64,000 nt of DNA from Mizuhopecten yessoensis. Its lineage: Eukaryota. The stretch covers positions 81,492 through 145,491 of the forward strand of contig NW_018407846.1 of the NCBI RefSeq assembly GCF_002113885.1. The letters are read 5' to 3'. Position 1 is the first letter of the stretch, and every line of letters starts with the position of its first letter. This document shows positions 27,701 through 42,700 of this stretch, piece by piece. The position numbers were made by a program, and so were the translations under genes. The notes below the pieces were generated by a model. That model saw nothing but the letters and a program-made list of their open reading frames with translations. It searched no databases and was not told the DNA's origin.

Positions 27701-30700
27701 AACGACGTAAAACGATTTTGAGCATGTGAAAATGGTTTGTCTAGTTCCGAATAAAGTGCCATCTTACGCATATATAAACAAAAGCAAACATAGACAAACA
27801 TTTTCCCGTTGAAAAATTGTTGATTAAAATTACCATTTTGCAATCAGAACTGAGCAGTGAAGGACACAAACTTACTGGAAAGTCCAATAATCTGCATAAT
27901 ATAAACTAATTGTCCGGACACGTAGACCCTGTAAATGTATGTGATGCAGACGTTACTTATGACACGTTTTATCTATATATTGTAGTTGTTACTTATGACA
28001 CGTAGTATCTATATATTATAGTTGTTACTTATGACACGTATTATCTATATACTGTAGTTGTTACTTATGACACGTATTATCTATATATTGGAGATGTTAC
28101 TTATGACACGTATTATCTATATATTGGAGACGTTACTTATGACATGTATTATCTATATATTGGAGATGTTACTTATGACAGGTATTATCTATATATTGGA
28201 GCTGTTACTGATGACACGTATTATATATATATATTGTAGATGTTACTTATGACACGTATTATCTATATATTGTAGTTGTTACTTATGGCACGTATTATCT
28301 ATATATTGGAGACGTTACTTATGACACGTATTATCTATATATTGTAGATGTTACTTATGACACGTATTATCTATATATTGTAGTTGTTACTTATGACACG
28401 TATTATCTATATATTGTAGATGTTACTGATGACACGTAGTATTTATATATTGGAAATGTTACTTATGACACGTATTATCTATATATTGTAGTTGTTACTT
28501 ATGACATGTATTATCTATATATTGTAGATGTTACTTATGACACGTAGTATCTATATATTGTAGTTGTTACTTATGACACGTATTATCAATATATTGTAGT
28601 TGTTACTTATGACACGTATTTTCTATATATTGGAGATGTTACTTATGACACGTATTATCTATATATTGGAGATTTTACTTATGACACGTATGATCTATAT
28701 ATTGGAGATTTTACTTATGACACGTATGATCTATATATTGGAGATTTTACTTATGACACGTATCATATATATATTGTAGATGTTACTTGTATTATATATA
28801 TATTGGAGATGTTATTTATGACACGTATTATCAATATATTGGAGATGTTACTTATGTCACGTATTATCTATATATTGGAGATGTTACTTATGTCACGTAT
28901 TATCTATATATTTTAGTTGTTACTTATGACCCGTATTATCTTTATATTGTAGATGTTACTGATGACACGTATTATCTAGATATTGGAGATGTTACTTATG
29001 ACACGCATTCTCTATATTTTGGAGATGTTATTTATGACACGTATTATCTTTATATTGTAGATGTTACTTATGACACACATTATCTATATATTGTATATGT
29101 TTCTTATGACACGTATTATGTATATATTGTAGTTGTTACTTATGCCACGTATTATCAATATATTGGAGATGTTATTTATGACACGTATTATCAATATATT
29201 GGAGATGTTACTTATGCCATGTATTATCTATATATTTTAGTTGTTACTTATGACCCGTATTATCTTTATATTGGAGATGTTACTGATGACACACATTATC
29301 TATATATTGGAGACGTTACTTATGACACGTAATATCTATATATTGTAGTACTGTAGTTGTTACTTATGCCACGTATTATCTATATAATGTAGATGTTACT
29401 TATGACACGTAGTATCTATATATTGTAGCTGTTACTGATGACACACATTATCTATATATTGGAGACGTTACTTATGACACGTAGTATCTATATATTGTAG
29501 ACGTTACTTATGACACGTAGTATCTATATATTGTAGTACTGTAGTTGTTACTTATGACCCGTATTATCTTTATATTGGAGATGTTACTTATGCCATGTAT
29601 TATCTATATATTGTAGCTGTTACTGATGACACGTATTATATATATATTGTAGATGTTACTTATGACACGTATTATCTATAATAACATTCTTTTCTCAATT
29701 CTGGTGAAAGCTAGATCTGTAGCTTTTTCTGATCAAGATATCAGAAAGTAATATTTATTAATTATGGACTTTTATTGAGGTGAATATGCAGTTCTATAGA
29801 CATGAGATAGTGTTATTCACCGGCACGAGCTCGAGATTAATATCACTTTCTCAGTCATTATAACAATATGTACATACTCCTTAATTGTATAGGAGAGAAT
29901 ACTGCGGCATTTGGCACAGAGCACCATTGTAACGTCATAACTGAAGTAACTTCATAAAGTAAATATCTTTGACACTGATGTTTCTAGAACAAATTACCAA
30001 CCTTCACGTGATTATTATCCAACAAATGAGGATGAAGGAAGTTTGGCATAATTTGAGGACACACCTTTTCCCGACATCCTCATTGATCGGACCACAGAGG
30101 CACGCAACTACTATTAATATGGATCTTGTTTTAGGTTTTCAGTCGCTGGGTACATTATATAACGTACCCAGCGACTCAAAGCCTAAAATAAGTTACGTAC
30201 CTAGCGACTGAAAGCCTAAAACAAGATCAATATTAATAGTAGTTGCGTGCACCTGTGGTTGGACCATAATCACGCGGAGGTAGGAGGTTCGGGATATAGA
30301 CCTAAATTCTTGTGTAGAAGCACAAAGGGAAGCGACTCGTAAAACTGATGTTTTATCTAGCTTTCTCTACGTATTTTCTCTACCCCCTTGGAATATGTCT
30401 TGCAAACAGTACGCGCCACATTGCGGATGTTACGGAATACATCATAACTTAAATATCTTTGGTTTTGATTTTGTGAGAGATAAAACGAATCCCACACACA
30501 CACATTTTGCCCTGTATACAATCTTCAACACACAGGTATCAGCCGAGCGATAGGTTATTTTTGTATAAATGGAACTAATCAAACGGCAAGGTGTGAATGA
30601 TATGTACGATGAGAGCGAAACCCCCGAATTTCTAAAACGAGATGGAGCATAAAATAAAAGTCAACAATAAAAATACAGTCCGCTATCTGGGTGATCTTCC

Positions 30701-33700
30701 TTGGATTCATCGCCGTCTTGCTATATGCGTGGAAAAAAACCCCGATTTTACCCTAGCTCCAAGCACAGGGGTCGGACACAAAACATGTTGAGCTTCTTGT
30801 AAAAGTCTCACCCTCGAAGTTTAAGGATTTCTTTTGTGCAGAGAACGTGTGAAAGTATAAGCCCTAGACGTTTGAGGATTATTCAAGTCTTTGAATCGTA
30901 GTTGAGATACCTTGGAGCATTCCATCAATGTAACCATACTTTCTAAAACATTTACAGTACATGTATAATGTTATATTATCAAAGTTGCTTAGGTTCGATT
31001 CCCCAATCGGACGTAAAAATGTAAGGGGTTCCGGCCCGACCACGGTTTTTTTCGAGAACTCTGGTACATCCGGGCTAACAAGAGTGATTAGTATAAGTTA
31101 AAATAACTTGTTTCATTATTGTTGTAAAATTATTCAAGTTTACATTTTCATTATCAAAGTTGTTTTGACAGCATTTAAAAACATATTTGACAAATTAGAC
31201 CCTAGGTCTGAATTTGACTGATATTCTTGAACAATATCCTGGACTTTTGAAATTACTTGTCTTTATCTCGTTTTCAACGGATTTTCAAATTTTTAATTAT
31301 ACCGGTACACAGATCGAAACCACATACGTAATTCGAAATAATCATTTATGATATGAATATCATCCATTTTCATTTCAGTTGGAAAACTATTTAGAGGTAT
31401 CCAAATTCCAGAAAAACATGTCTGAAGAAGCCAACACATTTGCCTGGAGAAACTTCACCGACAGTTCTTTACGAAGACAGTTCCGACTCATCACGAATAT
31501 TGGGCTCAGTGCTTGCAGGGACGAGGACCTATTGAAACAGGTTACACTTGTATAATTGCAGGGCGTTTATAGCCAGGCGCGGATTTAGGGGGGAGGCACA
31601 CCCGGCCGGCCCGAAATGGTCTGATCGGCCGGGAATGGGAACATATTAACATTTTAAAATGCATCAAATAATTCACGGAGCTTGTATAAAAAAAATCTGG
31701 GGCTACGCCCCACACATCCCATACGGCATCCTAGCAAATATTGTGGGTTTCCGCTATCTGATGTTTTTACTATATTTTCTTTATTAAAACAATATTTGTT
31801 GGCATCGCTACGCTCGTCTACTTTGTATCTTGACCCTAAAGTGTGTTTTTTATTTTACCACCTCCGCAAAACCCCAAGTTGCAACTTGCAACGCTCGGCG
31901 GAAATATACTAGCATAAGTTGCATAATTATATTATTGACCGCTCGTTATAGATGATCTGAAAATTAATANCCCCCCTTTTAGGAAATCCTGGATCCGCCC
32001 CTGAGAGCTACATCCAGGTAAGTAAAGAGTATATAAATCTTTCTTACTGCCTGTTCGAAGTATTACGGGTTTCTTTATAGACGAACCGATCACTAGGAAC
32101 TTATGATACCACTAAAGAGCTCGGTGTTTAAATCTACAAAGAAGATACTTGAACTTCACATTGTCATGGCTTGTTTGATTTACATCTATGTGATGTCAGT
32201 GTGTCTGCGTAATGGATGATATGATCGCTCTATTGTTAGCCATTACTGTCACGCAGACCTAACATAACTGGACTGGAAACCACATGTCACGCAGACCTAA
32301 CGTAACTGGACTGGGTACTACATGTCACGCAGACCTAACATAACTGGACTGTGTACCACATGTCACGCAGACCTAACGTAACTGGACTGGGTACCACATG
32401 TCACGCAGACCTAACATAACTGGACTGGGTACCACATGTCACACAGATCTAGTGGCATAACTGGACTGGATACCACATGCAGTTCAGGAAACGCGTGCCC
32501 TTCTGGGGCTTGACGGGATGCTAGATGCGGTTCAAGAAATGCTTCAACTTTTCTGGAGCTTGGCCGGATGCCACATGCAGTTCAAGAAAGGGGTGCTCTT
32601 CTGGAGCACATAGTTTCCGGTTTTTTCCTTTCTTTTTGGCAACGCATTCCCTTCCTACTTCAGAGTATTGACGTTACTTATTTGTCTAGTATACATGTGC
32701 AAGCGTTTTTGTGATGCGGTGCACTGCATCTTAGTAATGGAACGGCCAAATATTAAACTGGATATCAGTTTCATTATTTTATACTTTATGTGAGACAGAT
32801 AGTCTAAAATGTATTTTTATTTCTATTTATTTTCAGATCATTAAGATACAGTCTGACATGGAGAAAACTTACAGCACAGGAAAAGTCTGCTACAAGTCTA
32901 CAGAAAACTGCTTGGCACTTGAACCCGGTAAGAAAACATCCAGAAAGGGAGAGGGAGGGGGAGGGGAAGATATTAATTTGAAGTAACGTTTGCATCTGGC
33001 GCAATTTTAAATACAATGGAGCTTTAAAGTTTAAAAAAAAAAAATCATTAATAAGGAAAAGAGTAGAGGCCCGGTTTGGGAGAATGGGGTGGGTGGGTTC
33101 CGAATCTCTAGGAACGAAGTTTGATTAAAATTGTAATGTTTTAAATCCGCAACATGTACCTTGAACTATTTTCAATCAGTCTCAATTTAAATGAAAATGC
33201 GTTTTAACTTTTCGTTACAGATTTAACACGCCTGCTTGCAAATTCTAAAGATTATAACGAGCTGCTGCAGGCATGGAAAGGCTGGCGGGATGTCACTGGG
33301 AAGAAGATGAGGGAAGAATACGAACAGTTCGTCAACCTCAGCAACCATGCTATTAGGTCAATAGGGGGTAAGGTTACACTATATGACATACACTGTGGAT
33401 ACACCAACATGCCTTGTCAATAGACATAGTAGGATTAAATTTCACATAGTTTTTCCGGTAAGATGACATTACTGTACACTGTATTTTGCGATTCGTGGCG
33501 GTATGTCCTATTTAGAGCCTCGATGGCTTAGTGGTGTTTGGCTACTTTATGATCACTAGCCCTCCACCACACTGGCCACAGGTTGGAGGATTTTCTCCGG
33601 GTACTCCGGTTTTTCTCCACCACAAAAACCTGCATGGCTTGTACCTAAATGATCACAGCTGTTACCAGTTACATCACACACAAACCAATATCGTAAAGAT

Positions 33701-36700
33701 ACTGTCGAAATGAAGTTTTATTGGCGACTCCAATCACAATATACAAAGTATACAGACGCAAATTTCAAAACAGATCGAGTACGGTAATCCCTTCCCTAAT
33801 TTATATAAGCTAAAACTACAAAAAAACCGACTATTTTAGAATAGTTTTATGTGGGGTTTCCCCCTAAACATCTTGGGCACTCTGCCTTGGACTAGTGAAG
33901 TCAGTAACATTCAAAAGACGTGGCGCCATTTCCTGACCTGCGCCATTCGAGCTTAATATGTAAATTAGAAATTAGCGAATAGTATGTACACACGTACTAA
34001 TATAAAAGGTATGATTACTATAACAGTTAGCCTAAATTAACAACAACAATAAAAAATAAATCAATACAAAATAAATCAAACAAATGACATAAGAAGTTGT
34101 TCATTAGAACAGGTGTTTGTATGCTGTGAATGTGTTCATTATGGTTTTTCCCTTCTAATCTTTGAAAACTAGTTCTGAAACAGATCTGACTGTTTCAGGA
34201 TTACTTTTCTATTTTATATATAGTTTTAGGTTATCGGTTGCTAACTACAATGGAACTCGGGTAAATTGAATAATAGGCGAAGCAGTTGAAAATATTACGG
34301 CAAAATTGCCGTATATCGAACGTTATTGTCAAAATTGAATTTAATATTGTATTTCTGGGTATTGTTTACACTATGTCATCAAAGTAAACATATGTAAATG
34401 AACACAAACATGTAAAAAAAAAAATCCAGCCGTCCTCTCAGTCATTATCGGGCGCTGTAAACAACATGACGTCATCGGAATGTATAAATTTCAAAAATGT
34501 ATCTTTTGCATGAATACACTAAATGGGTTGTACAAATCTGGTATCCCCGGGTTGTTACAGTGTAACTTAGACAGATTTACACGGTGTATGTATCACTGCG
34601 CGCACGAGAATAAAGGCAATGACCTCAAAAAAGGTTATTGAGTCAATTACACTTGAAACTGTAAATATTATCGTTTCTTTCTTTTCTTCAGACTTCGACA
34701 ACTATGCGGAGTATTGGCTGTCTTTATATGACTCCGCGGGCTTCGAGGAGGAAGTTATCGCCATTATGGAGCAACTGAAACCTTTATACCTGGAGCTACA
34801 TACCTACGTCCGTGAAAAACTCCAGGAAATATATCCTAGCCACATGTTCCCGGCTACAGGACACATACCTGCTCACTTGCTCGGTACGTTATGCGAAAAT
34901 TCTTAAATCCTGAGTCTGATGGTCCGAGACCAGACGCTTTAGTCTGTGGACAAGTGAAGGTTTGTGTCTACTAGGCCGTCGGACCAGTATACATTAATCT
35001 GATACAACTACATTCGAAACATAATCATTTCACATTAACGCAATTGGCAGGAAACAAGTTTTTGTTTTCGAAAAATACTATTTCAAAAGTACCTTGATGA
35101 AGGGCTAGTGGATCTTAACATTTTGTTTTCTCCCTGTTATTCAATCTATTTAAATACTTTTAGTGATGTTTATATACATAACAAACCAGATAGTAACCTA
35201 TCAATTTGCACTTCTTGGCATGTAATACAGATTAAAGTACATGTATAAAGTATTAGTTGAATGACTATTAAATTTAGTCCATTAAATGACATAAAACCAT
35301 AGACAATCAAGGTCATAATCAAATTCAACTAAACCAGGAGACATTGAATTACTGCATTCAGACAGCAGAGGTGTTTTTCCCGTTGTCGCCGGGAGAGATC
35401 AGCTTGTAACCCCCTGGGGAATGATAGCCTCGTGCCGATTATCACGTGTTCAACTGTGACGTCATTAAAATGCTTCATCGGTAATTGTGACGTCATCAAG
35501 AGTGAATGACGATATACATACCCCACATGTGGTTTTGTTTACAAACATGGAATAATATGATGGGAAAAAACAATCATTCCCTACCTTGAGGATATAACAG
35601 AGAAATCTCCAACCCTCGGGGTGATTTTTTGCTTGTCTAACCCTCGGCAGAGCCTCGGGTTAGACAAACAAAAATCATCACCACTCGGTTTGGAAATTTC
35701 TCTGTCACACCCTCAAGGTAGGGGAAGATTTTATTAGTGTTAAGTGGCAAATGCAATACGACTAGCATGGTTTCGTGTTAATCTCCTAATCGACCAATGC
35801 TCGTTAGGTCACTTCTTTCATTTGGCTTAACGTTTATAAAATGAAATGTCTTTACTTAGGTGATATGTGGGGACAGAGTTGGGATAACCTGTTTGACATC
35901 ATGCAGCCCTTCAAGAACAAGACCAGATTCGACGTCACTGAAGCAATGGTCTCTCAGGTAACTTTACCCTATAGACAATGATGCTTATGGTAGAATTCTA
36001 TTTGAAACTTACTAGGGAAAAGACGAATTTCCGCAATATATCGCAGACTTCTGTGTTTTCATAAGCAGTCACTAAAAATGAATAAATAAATGCGCATTCT
36101 GGTAGCAAAGTTTCCAAAATTGATTTGACTGCTCTATGAATTTTCCCTTTATTTTTCAGAATGTTTATAACATGAAATCGTGATCACGCCATAATCCATA
36201 ATAACATTAGTCAGATCGGGTCTCTTGATATGTCCTAAACGAAAGATAAGCAGAACAGTTATGTATTTTGAGACCGTATAATCCTTTATGTACAAACTAA
36301 GTTGTACACAGCCGACCGATCAGTTTGCTACAATTAGCGCCTAGAATATCCTCACCCTAACAGTAATTTATAAGACACATTTTTTCATAAACAAAGTAGT
36401 TTGTTTCCAAGAAAAATAGCAAAAGAAATGCTTACATAATCATTAGCTACTTTTGATGTTCTTTTATAGAATTATACAGTGGAAAAGATGTACACAATTA
36501 CTGAGGAATTCTTCACTTCATTAGGACTGCCAAAATTACGGGATAGCTTTTGGAAAAACTCCATGCTGGAGCGACCAAATAACCGAGAAGTTAGTTGCCA
36601 CGGCTCTGCATGGGATTTCCTAAAAAATTATGATTACAGGTGAGACATATATAATTTGATTAAAGGTTAGACACAAACATTGATTACAGGTCACAAAACA

Positions 36701-39700
36701 GTTATTGCAGTGAATTCATGAAACTAAATGGTTATAATAAGAGACAAATACAATCACTACAGGAAAGACCTTAACAAACACTATTTACAATATAAAGAAT
36801 CCCTCCATTCTTGCTTTTGCTGATATGTATCAGGAAATGGAAACATGAATCATTCCTTTCCAAATCCTTCCGTATCGATAATCAGACCTATCCCTTTCCA
36901 TGTCTTACCCATTGTTCCCCACTTCTTCAATATATCTCTTTCCTCCATATCCGTCTAAAAAATTTACTCTCATTCCCACTTACCCCCGCACGCAGCCTTT
37001 ACTCCTATCCATACATTGTCTATTGCCTTCTTCCAGATCTAACCCCCTCCCCGTCCCCCACATTCCAATCCGACACCACTTCATTTTTCCTTACCATCTC
37101 TTTTTGTCGATTCTCCATTCCAACACTTTGTTGTCGAAAGTTTCTCTTTCTCTATCATTAATATTTCCGTCCTACGTAGGATAAAGATGTGTACTGACAT
37201 CACCATGGTAGATCTGTACACGGTACACCACGAGATGGGCCACATCTACTATCAGATGGCCTATGAGAACCTGTCCATGCCATTCCGGGATGGAGCCAAC
37301 CCAGGTATACTATCACTTACTGTTAACACAATGAAACACCTAATTGATCCGTACGGGGTGTCTGACATGTGCTTTCTGTACGCCTAATTCCTTACAAATT
37401 AAAATTAATTTCAAACTAAAACATTAAGATTTGATTCTTCTTATGTCAACGAACAGTCATCCTAGTGGAGTATCACGTGATTTAAGGATAAGATGAGATA
37501 AGACAGTCATAATTTGCCTTTATATCTAAAATATAATCATACGACTTGATAGCAACCAAAATGATTTTATTTCCACAACGTCTTGTTGAAAGTAGATATT
37601 CCTAATGATTAGTTATGGCAAAACAATGTGGTATATGTGATAGGAATATCATTCAATGCCATCATTATGGAATCCGATTCTAGCATCTCGATGAACCTAA
37701 GAGTTATGCTGGGTAGGCATTGGCCGAGAGTGAGGAACTAGACAAAGATAAATCCACCTTTTCCGTTTTATACCTTGAATTTTCTATGTGCCATTACATC
37801 TAATAAAGGCTCATCGGTGGCTTTACTGTATATAACGCACCCAGTTACGATAGTTAGGATATTATCTCTCTCTATTCTGTTTTTCCTTTATTTTTCTATT
37901 GTGACACCCGCAGCACCACCTCACGTTTGGCTATATTGCTATTCGTCACTTAACAGCTGCTATTCCGTCTTTGGGTATTGCAGAGTTATCTTCTCTTGTG
38001 AGCAGGTATTGATTGTTACGTCATTGGTTTGTGTAGGAAAATTATGTCGTTTTTTCAAAAATTGATGACGTTACTCTCACAAACAAATGACGTTACAATC
38101 AATACCTGCGCACAAGAGAAGATAACTCTGCAATACGCAAAGACGGAATACCTGTTGTTAGAAACATGTGACTGGGTGGAGTGCTGTGCTGGGTGCCTTC
38201 GATGTATTATTTCATTGTGATAACACTCTAAAGTCGACATCAGGAGTCCGTTACTGAAAGGTCACTCTTAACTAAGCATTTACGGAATGGTTTAGGATGA
38301 CACAAAGAATGCTGGAAGAGTGTAACTGAAATGTGTTCGTAAGCCGCCCCTACCAACCTTAAACTTCTCTCGTTCGACCATCGCTAAGAGCTGTAAATTT
38401 TCTGGAAAATAAAGTTTACAGCCTTCCGTGTTTCTAACTATTCATGGCAGCCAGGATAGCGTTTTTTTCTGTGTAATTAAATGCAAAGAAAAGGTATGGC
38501 CACCCTTAGTTAAGTAATACAATTTGGAAAGTAAGAATGTTACCAGTTACACCATAAAACGTCAATAAATGTCTGAAGGTAATCTTAACTAAGTAGGGAT
38601 GCTTCCAGATACCCTACATAACTAATAGAGCAGTAAGAGAAGCAGGTCCCGTTGCTCTTAGCGGATATACCGTTATATTCCTAACTCTACCCTACGACTG
38701 CTTTTAGTTACGGGCCCCTGAGCTATCACTAAGAGGCAAATAAACTAACAAACAGCCTCAAGAACACCCCCCTATATTATTAACATGGTTTGGTTCGGTT
38801 TAGTATTGTTTAACGTCCTATCAACAGCTATGGCCGTTTAAGGACGGCCTCCCAGGTGTGCAAGATGCATTCGTCTAGTGTATGCGTGTGTGTTTTGGAA
38901 GGCTGCGATGTGTTCGTGTTTGTCTCCTTGTGAAAGCGCGGAACTGATGCCGACTTTATAGTGCTATCTCAATGAAACATACTGCCGAAGACACCCAGCA
39001 GGACACTCCAACCGGTCACATTATACTGACAACAGGAGTAGAAACTACCATTTTGATACATCTCCTTAATTGACATTAGTTGTTATGAGGACACTACAAC
39101 TCAATAAACCAAAACCGAACCGAACCAAACCGAACCAAACCGTACCCAGTTGTTCAAACATCTCTTGGCTATCGACTTGTTACCTTAAAGTTTCAAATTG
39201 ATAATAGACATTTGTTTTTTCTTATAATCAGGGACAATGCACTAGCATTTGTGCATCATTAAAAAATATGGTAGGAAATGACCAGTTTTATTTTTTGTGG
39301 CAAATAAGGTTTTTATAACATTTCTTCTGTATACAAAAGCAATATAATGTGTTCAAATTTTTTGAGGAATTTAAATTATAATGTCATAGTGATATGTCAC
39401 AGGGTCTTAGAATTTGAAAACAGTTGTATAAGATACAATGTGTAAGCATGCTTTTTTAGTGGAAAAGCTCTATGTATTAAATACTGTTTATGGAATTATC
39501 AAAAAAAATGAAATCTGTTTCCATAACCTTCGACATAATTTTGAATACTACCTTTATTATTTTTTCTATTGTAGCTTTCCACGAAGCTATTGGAGACACA
39601 ATAGCCTTATCAGTGGTCACCCCTACTCATCTACACAAGATTGGACTACTCGACACCGTTGAAAATGATCAAGGTGAGGTTGAAAATGTATGGGGAGAAT

Positions 39701-42700
39701 GATGCATGACACTAACTTCAATTGATTACAATAACGAAACAAGCAAAAATAATGGTTCTTTGTCTTCTTTCTGCTGTTTACATACATCATCTATAGAGCA
39801 ATCATTAGGAGGAAAAAATATCTCTTAAATATGAGAATGTGTTTAGAGTACTGTGAAGGAAGCTAAAATTCCATGAGTCTGTCGGTATATATAAGGCTTT
39901 TCCTGTCTGGCAATCCGATTACAATTGTACTTCTGATCACTGAAGACATTACTATTGCAGCACTATCGTCTCTGATTACTTTTTAAAAGCAGCAGTAGAA
40001 CAAATCAAATACAGCACCAAAATCTGACCCAACACACGTTATAATTATGTGGCATATTAACTATTTCACTAACATATGACAGAACAGTTGATTCAGGAAT
40101 ACTGTTTTTGTATTTGTATCTTTTAGTAAAGGTTAGTCTACAAGGTAAAACATTCTAAGAAGCATAATCAGTTTGAAATCAAAACTAATTAACCAAATAG
40201 AAGTCTGTATTTTTCGACCTCATTGTCCAACTAACAATCAACAGCTCGCATGATGAAATATTGGAAAGGACATAATAACTGGATCCTTATCCGTAACCAT
40301 TTTTACACCTTCTGCTTGTAAACACAACTAGGCTGGCTGGAGAACCAAGAACACCGTATCATATGTTGTTCGTATTTTTCTCTATTATTCTTTCACTCTT
40401 TTACCTGATACTTTATTCATATGCTCGTTTGTTAAGCTCAACCGCATTTCCCACTCAGCGACAGTAATTTGTTTTTCAAAATGCATATAATGTAGACATA
40501 TTGTGAATTATTTGAATATATACTTCTTAATAGTTTAATCAGTATCACTGATGATGTACGCCTTTGTTTTAACTGTTGTACATTTCTATATTTCACGGAT
40601 CACTTTTAAAGTTTGTGTTTTCATTGACGTGTTAGTTATTTATAGGGCTGCTATCTGTTAGGTGTTGGTACAAAACTGTCCTTTTTAGATGGCGTTTAAT
40701 TCCCAAAATGTTTTACTCCTTTGTCATGATATCTCTTAAGTAAACTTTATAATTACACCTCAACCTAAATATATGATCTCCGTTGGTAAAATTGATTAAT
40801 AGTTTTACTGTATCTGATATGACCAACATACAAAAATTGCACTGTATCTCTTCTTTAAAACCGGTGAAAATAAAAGGTGATTTTCGGGATATCAAAGTAG
40901 GATTATGTATCTATTTTTTATATATAAATTTACTACACAATCTCCAACAATGTAGCATTCCAAACCATCTTATATCCTTTACATATTTACACACTATAAA
41001 CAATCCTACATAAGGCAACATTACACACATTCTTACACAATGCACCACTACATACAATCCTACATAATGCAATACTAGACACAATCCTACATAAGGCAAC
41101 ATTACATACAATCCTACATAATGCAACACTACATACAATCCTACATAATGCAACATTACACACAATCCTACACAATGCAACACCAAACATAATCCTACAT
41201 AAGGCAACATTACATACAATCCTACATAATGTAACACTACACACAAACCTGCATAAGGTAACATGACACACAATCCTACATAAGGCAACATTACATACAA
41301 TCCTACATAATGTAACACTATACACAATCCTACATAAGGCAACGTTACAAACAATCCTACATAATGCAACATTACACACAATCCTACACAATGCAACACT
41401 ACACACAATCCTACATAAGGCAACATTACATACGATCCTACATAATGTAACACTATACACAATCCTACATAAGGCATTATTACATACGATCCTACACAAT
41501 GCAACACTACACACAATCCTACAGAAGGCAACATTACACACAATCCTACATAATGCAACATAACACACAACCCTACATAAGGCAACATTACACAAAATCC
41601 TACATAATGTAACATATTAACTCTCATTACATATACGAGCTATCGACATGATTGACCAGGATCCACACTGAAGCACACAATCTATATTCAATTCATCATT
41701 AAGCCTCTATAACACGATGTTAATTATTATTTCATAGAAGTATGATACAGTTTCAATCGGAACTATTAGCATTGCTTCTATTACAATATAACCACAGGTC
41801 ATTTTTCAGTTGTCTTTTTATTTATAATTTTGTTCGTTCCAGGTTTGGTTGTTTGCTGTTATGCTTTATATCATTTCTTCCCTTTCCATATGTTCCATTT
41901 CAAAATACTTATGACTGTATTTAGCAATATTGAAAAATTATTATTCCCTGGATATCTTAGTAAAGTATTTTCCTCTGTATCGAGTACATTGTTATTATAT
42001 CCAGGAACAGTGTTCCTCATTAATGTTTCTACATAATATATACAATTTTGTATGTCTACATCTTCGGTTTTGTAAAAGTGACATTTTCCGTTTGAATTTC
42101 CAAACGTCTTAATTTTCGTTTCTGTATATGTATTCTGTGTACACATTTCATTGAAACTCCTTAATTTTTAAAGATGTCAGTATTTTAAAACAGTTTTGCC
42201 CAATTTGACACCATGAAAATAGTTTTCAGATATTTTCCCATTTCCTATATACTTCTGGTTCCGTATTGCCATTCAATTTCCTACGAATAGAACACAATTT
42301 TAGTGTTCTATAATCGATATGTTTATTGTATTTATCTACAACATGTAATGTTGAATCTTGTTTGGGTGGAATACTCAACAGATTCACTTATTGTTTCTTT
42401 CACTTTCATCATTCTTTTATACTTTTCCGGAACAGACTTTAGTCTTGGCAATTCAGAAATGCAGTTTCTTCTATCAATAAACCTCCCATATATTTCTTGA
42501 TAGTTTCTAAATTTATTTTGCAAAGTGTCCCATATATCTTCTATCGTGTGTAAGACACTTATTGCAAAAGAACTAAAAAACAAAGGTTTTCTGTAAAATT
42601 ATATCATACGGTTGCCAAATAGTTCTTTTATAGATTATGTATCTATTAATAGATAAGTTCGAATGATATCTGTCATACATAATACCATATTCATCATTTA

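Noticed and set aside
28058-29332. Tyr/Asp-rich ORFs
   Set aside because: Translations of the 36-bp minisatellite
36800-37170. Pro/Ser/Leu-rich ORFs upstream of exon 8
   Set aside because: Pyrimidine-rich low-complexity intron sequence; exon 7 splices in phase directly to 37180
40911-41627. 238-aa and 202-aa hydrophobic/Cys-rich minus ORFs
   Set aside because: Translations of the 27-bp minisatellite
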